A program made the translations under genes and the position numbers. A stretch of 64,000 nucleotides of DNA, taken from Pelagibacteraceae bacterium (GTDB lineage: Bacteria; Pseudomonadota; Alphaproteobacteria; HIMB59; GCA-002718135). Below the pieces are notes generated by a model that ran no database searches, had not been told where the DNA came from, and worked only from the letters and a program-made list of their open reading frames with translations. Location: contig JAGFWP010000010.1 in assembly GCA_017639935.1 (NCBI GenBank), forward strand, positions 11,213-75,212, written 5' to 3'. Shown piece by piece: positions 59,727 through 64,000 of the stretch; positions within the stretch are counted from its first letter, which is position 1; each line of letters starts with the position of its first letter.

Positions 59727-60664
59727 TGAAAAAGATTTTAGTTTTGGAAGGAGGTTTTAATGAAGAGCATGAAATATCTTTAAGAACTTCTAAAGAAGTT
59801 CAAAAATCTTTGAAAAGAATGAAAATAAAATTTGAAGTTCTTAAGGTAAATCCAAAAAATTTTTCTGAAAAAATCAAACTATATGACAAAAATTTTTTAT
59901 GTTTTAATGCTCTTCATGGAACTTATGGCGAAGATGGCACAATACAAAAAATTCTTGAAAAATACAAAATTTCTTATACGCATTCAGATTCTAAAGCCTC
60001 AAAAATAGGATTTGATAAAAATTTAACTAAATTAAAAATTAAAAATAGTGAAGTTGTCACCATTGAATCAATAATTCTTGAAAGAAATCAGATTAAAATT
60101 AATCTATTATATAAAATATATAATAAGTTAAATTCGTTTGTATTAAAGCCGGTATCAAGTGGCTCTAGTTTTGGAGTTAAGATATTCAATTCAAAGAGTG
60201 ATATTAGTAAGTTTTTTTTGAATTATGATAATGAAATAAATAGATATAAAAATCATAACAAACTAATGATTGAAAAATATATTCGTGGTAGAGAGTTAAC
60301 TGTTAGCGTATATGAAAATAAAAAAACTACGCAAGCAGTAGAAGTAACTGAAATTTTTTCTTCACGTAAATTTTTTGATTATAAAGCAAAATATATCAAA
60401 GGATTATCCAAACATATCTTACCAGCAAAATTACCAAAAAAAATGTATAAACAATGTTTATTTTTTGCAAAGATTGTTCATGATGAGTTGGGATGTAAGG
60501 GAATTAGCAGATCTGATTTTCTCTTTGATGAAAAAAATATTTATTTTCTTGAAATCAATACTCAACCAGGATTGACACCTATCTCTTTAGTTCCTGAGCA
60601 ACTGAGTCATAATAATATTGACTTTGATACACTTATAAAAAAAATTATAGAATCTTCCTTGTGA
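59726..60664 (+). CDS. ddl: D-alanine--D-alanine ligase
   Basis: ATP-grasp layout (GGFNEEHEISL, HGTYGEDGTIQ, EINTQPGLT). Start MKKILVLEGG at the TAATG overlap with murB. Confidence 0.92.
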   Translation: MKKILVLEGGFNEEHEISLRTSKEVQKSLKRMKIKFEVLKVNPKNFSEKIKLYDKNFLCFNALHGTYGEDGTIQKILEKYKISYTHSDSKASKIGFDKNLTKLKIKNSEVVTIESIILERNQIKINLLYKIYNKLNSFVLKPVSSGSSFGVKIFNSKSDISKFFLNYDNEINRYKNHNKLMIEKYIRGRELTVSVYENKKTTQAVEVTEIFSSRKFFDYKAKYIKGLSKHILPAKLPKKMYKQCLFFAKIVHDELGCKGISRSDFLFDEKNIYFLEINTQPGLTPISLVPEQLSHNNIDFDTLIKKIIESSL

Positions 60665-61437
60665 CTAAAAATAGAATAAATAAAAAAAAAACTAATGCAT
60701 ATTCCATCATCAGATTTACTGCATTTATCGTGTTTATTGTTGTATTGATTTTTATTTATTATGATGCTGACAAATTTAATACTATAAATAAGGTATTTGC
60801 TAAAAATATTGAAAAATTTTCTAAAAACTATGGCTACTCTTTTACTAAAGTTAACATAAATAAATTAATTAATATTAAACCTAATGAAATTGAAAAAAAT
60901 TTTACTAAATATTATGGTAATTCAATATTTTTGATTCCAATTAAAAAAATTTCTAAAAACTTACATCAAAATAAGTGGATAAAAGATTTTACAATAAAAA
61001 GTGACTATAAAAATACTATTAATGTAAATATTGTTGAGTCAATTCCAGTTGGGATTTATTTTAATGGTGAAGATAACTTGTTGTTTGATGAGAATGGAAA
61101 AATAATCGATTCTGTAAATTCAAATTATAACTTATATCTTCATCTAATAATATTTGAGGGTAGTAATTCTTTATTTAATGCAAATATTTTTTTTAATTCA
61201 TTACCATTATTGTTTCGGAACGAAATTATAAAAGCTTTTTTTGTAAACAATAGAAGGTGGGATGTTGAGCTTAGAAATGGTATTAATATAAAATTACCTG
61301 AAAACAATATTTTAGATTCATTTAATAATTATGATAAATTTTATAAAAACGTTTCTAATCAAGAGTTGGCAGAAATTGAAATGATTGACTTAAGGATTCC
61401 CAAACAAATAGTTATAAAATTTAAAACAATAAAATGA
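60661..61437 (+). CDS. ftsQ: cell division protein FtsQ
   Basis: Single TM segment plus a POTRA-like domain. Position between ddl and ftsA. GTG start. Confidence 0.8.
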   Translation: MTKNRINKKKTNAYSIIRFTAFIVFIVVLIFIYYDADKFNTINKVFAKNIEKFSKNYGYSFTKVNINKLINIKPNEIEKNFTKYYGNSIFLIPIKKISKNLHQNKWIKDFTIKSDYKNTINVNIVESIPVGIYFNGEDNLLFDENGKIIDSVNSNYNLYLHLIIFEGSNSLFNANIFFNSLPLLFRNEIIKAFFVNNRRWDVELRNGINIKLPENNILDSFNNYDKFYKNVSNQELAEIEMIDLRIPKQIVIKFKTIK

Positions 61438-62651
61438 TCAAAGTTGGAATTGATATAGGTAATTCAAAAATTTCATCAATCGTATGTGACATTAAAACTG
61501 ATGGATCAAAAAAAATTTTATCTTTTATAAGTAATTCTAATACATATGTTAATAAAAGTATGGTGACTAATTTAGTTTCATTAAAGGATGAGATACACAA
61601 AACAATAAGTGAAGCAGCTAAAGAATCTCAAACAGATATAAAATCCGTAAATCTTAACCTTCCCGCTATTGAATCTTCTTCTATATTTAGTGAATCTGTA
61701 ATCAATGTTTCAGGCAAAATGATTAGTGATTTGCATTTAAAAAAAGCGGTAAATCAATCTGATATTCTTGACGTTATTGAAAATTACGATGTTATTCAAA
61801 AATTTATTTCAAGTTATGAAATTGACAACAAATTTTTTTCGAATAGCCCTATAGGAACATTCGGTGATAATTTAAAATTAAATTTTTACAAATTTGCAGT
61901 TAAAAAAAATTATACGAATACACTTTCAACTCTGTTTAAAAATTTAAACATTCATATTGAAAATTACGTACCAACACCTCTTTCTTCATCATTAGCTACA
62001 CTGACTCCTGATGATAAACTCTTAGGAGCAATATGCATTGATTTAGGAGCATCCTCAACATCCATAGCGCTTTTTGAAAATGAAAAACTTATTTTTATGG
62101 ATGCTATTAATGTAGGGGGAAAAAATATTACTAATGATATTGCAAGAGGAGTTTCAACAAATGTAGAAAGCGCAGAACGACTTAAGACTCTTTATGGTTC
62201 TGTTATATCTTCACCTAGTGATGAATATGAACTTATAGAAATCCCTATGAGTAATGAACCGTCAAAATTTAAGCAAATTAACAGAAGTACTATAAATTCA
62301 ATTATAAAACCAAGAGCTGAAGAAACCTTGGAGTTGATTTGGCAAAAATTAAAAGAATATAATTTTCACAAGAAACATATAAGAAATTTAATTTTAACAG
62401 GTGGGGGCGCCATACTAGAAGGTATAGATGAATATGCTAGAGACATTTTTGATAGCAATGTTAGAATTGGTATGCCATTATCAATCAAAGGATTGGATAA
62501 TAAATTCATAAATCCTCAATTTTCTCAAACCATTGGAACAATTCTTTTCAATAAATCAGATTTTGAAATTGAATTCCTAAGAAATGAAGAAAAATACAAA
62601 AAAAACACTGTTTTAAGTCGTTTTTCTTCTTGGCTTGATCAATATATATAG
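61434..62651 (+). CDS. ftsA: cell division protein FtsA
   Basis: Actin-fold motifs GIDIGNSKIS, DLGASSTS and LTGGGA. Confidence 0.93.
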   Translation: MIKVGIDIGNSKISSIVCDIKTDGSKKILSFISNSNTYVNKSMVTNLVSLKDEIHKTISEAAKESQTDIKSVNLNLPAIESSSIFSESVINVSGKMISDLHLKKAVNQSDILDVIENYDVIQKFISSYEIDNKFFSNSPIGTFGDNLKLNFYKFAVKKNYTNTLSTLFKNLNIHIENYVPTPLSSSLATLTPDDKLLGAICIDLGASSTSIALFENEKLIFMDAINVGGKNITNDIARGVSTNVESAERLKTLYGSVISSPSDEYELIEIPMSNEPSKFKQINRSTINSIIKPRAEETLELIWQKLKEYNFHKKHIRNLILTGGGAILEGIDEYARDIFDSNVRIGMPLSIKGLDNKFINPQFSQTIGTILFNKSDFEIEFLRNEEKYKKNTVLSRFSSWLDQYI

Positions 62652-62737
62652 ATAAAACATACAATATATAATTTAATTCATTGACGATTTCGACAACAAA
62701 ACGTTAATTAAATAATAAAAACGGCGGAGAAGATTAC

Positions 62738-64000
62738 ATGACAATAAATATTTCTATACCAGATGTAGGCCCAAATCTACGTCCTCAGATAACTGTTTTG
62801 GGTATTGGAGGATCAGGAGGAAATGCAGTTAATAATATGATGAACTCAAATCTTGAAGGGGTTGAATTTTTAATTGCTAACACGGATGCTCAAGCACTAC
62901 AAATTTCAAATTGTAAGAAAAAAATTCAACTAGGCATAAAAAATACCAGAGGTCTTGGGGCAGGTATGCGTCCAGATGTAGGGAAAAAAGCTGCAGAAGA
63001 AGCAATAGATGGAATAAGCGAAATGCTTGAAGGTAGCCATATGTTGTTTATTGCAGCTGGAATGGGTGGTGGTACGGGAACTGGGGCCTCACCTATTATT
63101 GCAAAATTAGCTAGAGAAAAAGGAATTCTTACTGTAGGCGTAGTTACAAAACCCTTTCATTTTGAAGGAACTCAAAGAATGAAATTGGCTGAAAAAGGCC
63201 TGGAAGAACTTCAACAATATGTTGACACTCTTCTGGTTATACCAAATCAAAATTTATTCAGAATAGCTAATGAGAAAACTACTTTTGCAGATGCATTTAA
63301 AATGGCTGATGATGTTTTATATGCGGGTGTAAGAGGAGTGACGGATCTAATGGTTCAGCCAGGTTTAATTAATCTAGACTTCTCTGATGTAAAGACAGTT
63401 ATGAGTGAAATGGGAAAAGCAATGATGGGAACCGGAGAAGCATCTGGTGAAGGAAGATCTGTTGCAGCTGCAGAAGCCGCAATCGCCAATCCTTTGATTG
63501 ACGACGTATCTCTTAAAGGAGCAAAAGGTTTAATTATAAATATTACTGGCGGCAATGATATAACTTTATATGAAGTAGATGAAGCTGCCAATAGAATTAA
63601 GCAAGAAGTTGATGAAAGTGCAAATATTATATATGGCACAACATGCGATGATCGTTTAGAAGGAGTTGTTAGAGTAAGCATTGTTGCAACTGGCATAGAT
63701 CTAAACAACGCAGTATCACCAAAATCTTTAGATTCATCATCAAGTTTGTTGATTAATAATTCTGTGTACCAGCAAACATCGAGCGAAGAAAAAAGAGATA
63801 ACTTTACGAATAGTGATGCAGATTTAAATTCTAATTTTAATTCCTTATCTGAAGAAAATGAAATCACTGAAGAAATCGAAGAAATCAATGAAAATCATAT
63901 TGAGGAAAGCTCATTAGGAGAAGAAGATTCTTCGGATACTGAAGATACTAATATTGATTATACTAATGAAGAAATTGCTGCAAACATTGAAGAAGATGTA
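62738..64000 (+). CDS. ftsZ: cell division GTPase FtsZ (3' end outside window; absent from the supplied ORF track)
   Basis: ATG 62738 after SD GGAGA. The translation reads ..[15 protein letters not shown]...[17 protein letters not shown]...[11 protein letters not shown].. and the frame stays open for 421 codons to base 64000. Confidence 0.95.
   Translation, partial: MTINISIPDVGPNLRPQITVLGIGGSGGNAVNNMMNSNLEGVEFLIANTDAQALQISNCKKKIQLGIKNTRGLGAGMRPDVGKKAAEEAIDGISEMLEGSHMLFIAAGMGGGTGTGASPIIAKLAREKGILTVGVVTKPFHFEGTQRMKLAEKGLEELQQYVDTLLVIPNQNLFRIANEKTTFADAFKMADDVLYAGVRGVTDLMVQPGLINLDFSDVKTVMSEMGKAMMGTGEASGEGRSVAAAEAAIANPLIDDVSLKGAKGLIINITGGNDITLYEVDEAANRIKQEVDESANIIYGTTCDDRLEGVVRVSIVATGIDLNNAVSPKSLDSSSSLLINNSVYQQTSSEEKRDNFTNSDADLNSNFNSLSEENEITEEIEEINENHIEESSLGEEDSSDTEDTNIDYTNEEIAANIEEDV

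Noticed and set aside
63355-63888. 177-aa minus-strand ORF from the track
   Set aside because: It lies entirely antisense to the clearly recognisable ftsZ reading frame, has low-complexity Ser/Leu-rich composition, and has no independent signals.

Overview
Very AT-rich, tightly packed chromosome segment resembling a streamlined marine alphaproteobacterium (Pelagibacterales/SAR11-like; this taxonomic call is inference from composition, gene order and protein style). It has four blocks. (1) 1-2246: the 3' part of rpoD, an MBL-fold hydrolase and a 67-aa ORF. (2) 2097-11297: an ~8.8-kb tyrosine-integrase genomic island inserted in a tRNA(CAU) gene. It is bounded by 202-bp direct repeats that contain the tRNA promoter and the 5' two-thirds of the tRNA. 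Its cargo is a mosaic of small accessory genes (MGMT/Atl-like, cupin, DUF1376 phage-type, SDR, alpha/beta hydrolase, 2H phosphoesterase, PPP phosphatase) placed behind recurring promoter-like repeats. (3) 11366-38782: an MFS transporter followed by a ~25-kb catabolic island. The island holds three family-1 ABC importers, a GH31 glycosidase, a split TPP decarboxylase (ComDE-like), a 2-hydroxyacid dehydrogenase, a class I aldolase, two Gfo/Idh/MocA oxidoreductases, an aldo-keto reductase, a GpsA-like dehydrogenase and a PEAMT-like methyltransferase. These are arranged behind four copies of one identical 23-nt promoter/operator (TTGACAAGTAAAACGTTTTATTA) with a single LacI-family repressor. This block is the best candidate for an undescribed system. 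(4) 38837-64000: core genes mlaC-mlaA, uvrD, ligA, bamD, an amidase, RNase P RNA and a complete dcw cluster from mraZ to ftsZ. ftsZ runs off the window and is missing from the ORF track, and murE is split by a frameshift in an A10 run. No rRNA, CRISPR array or transposase was seen.
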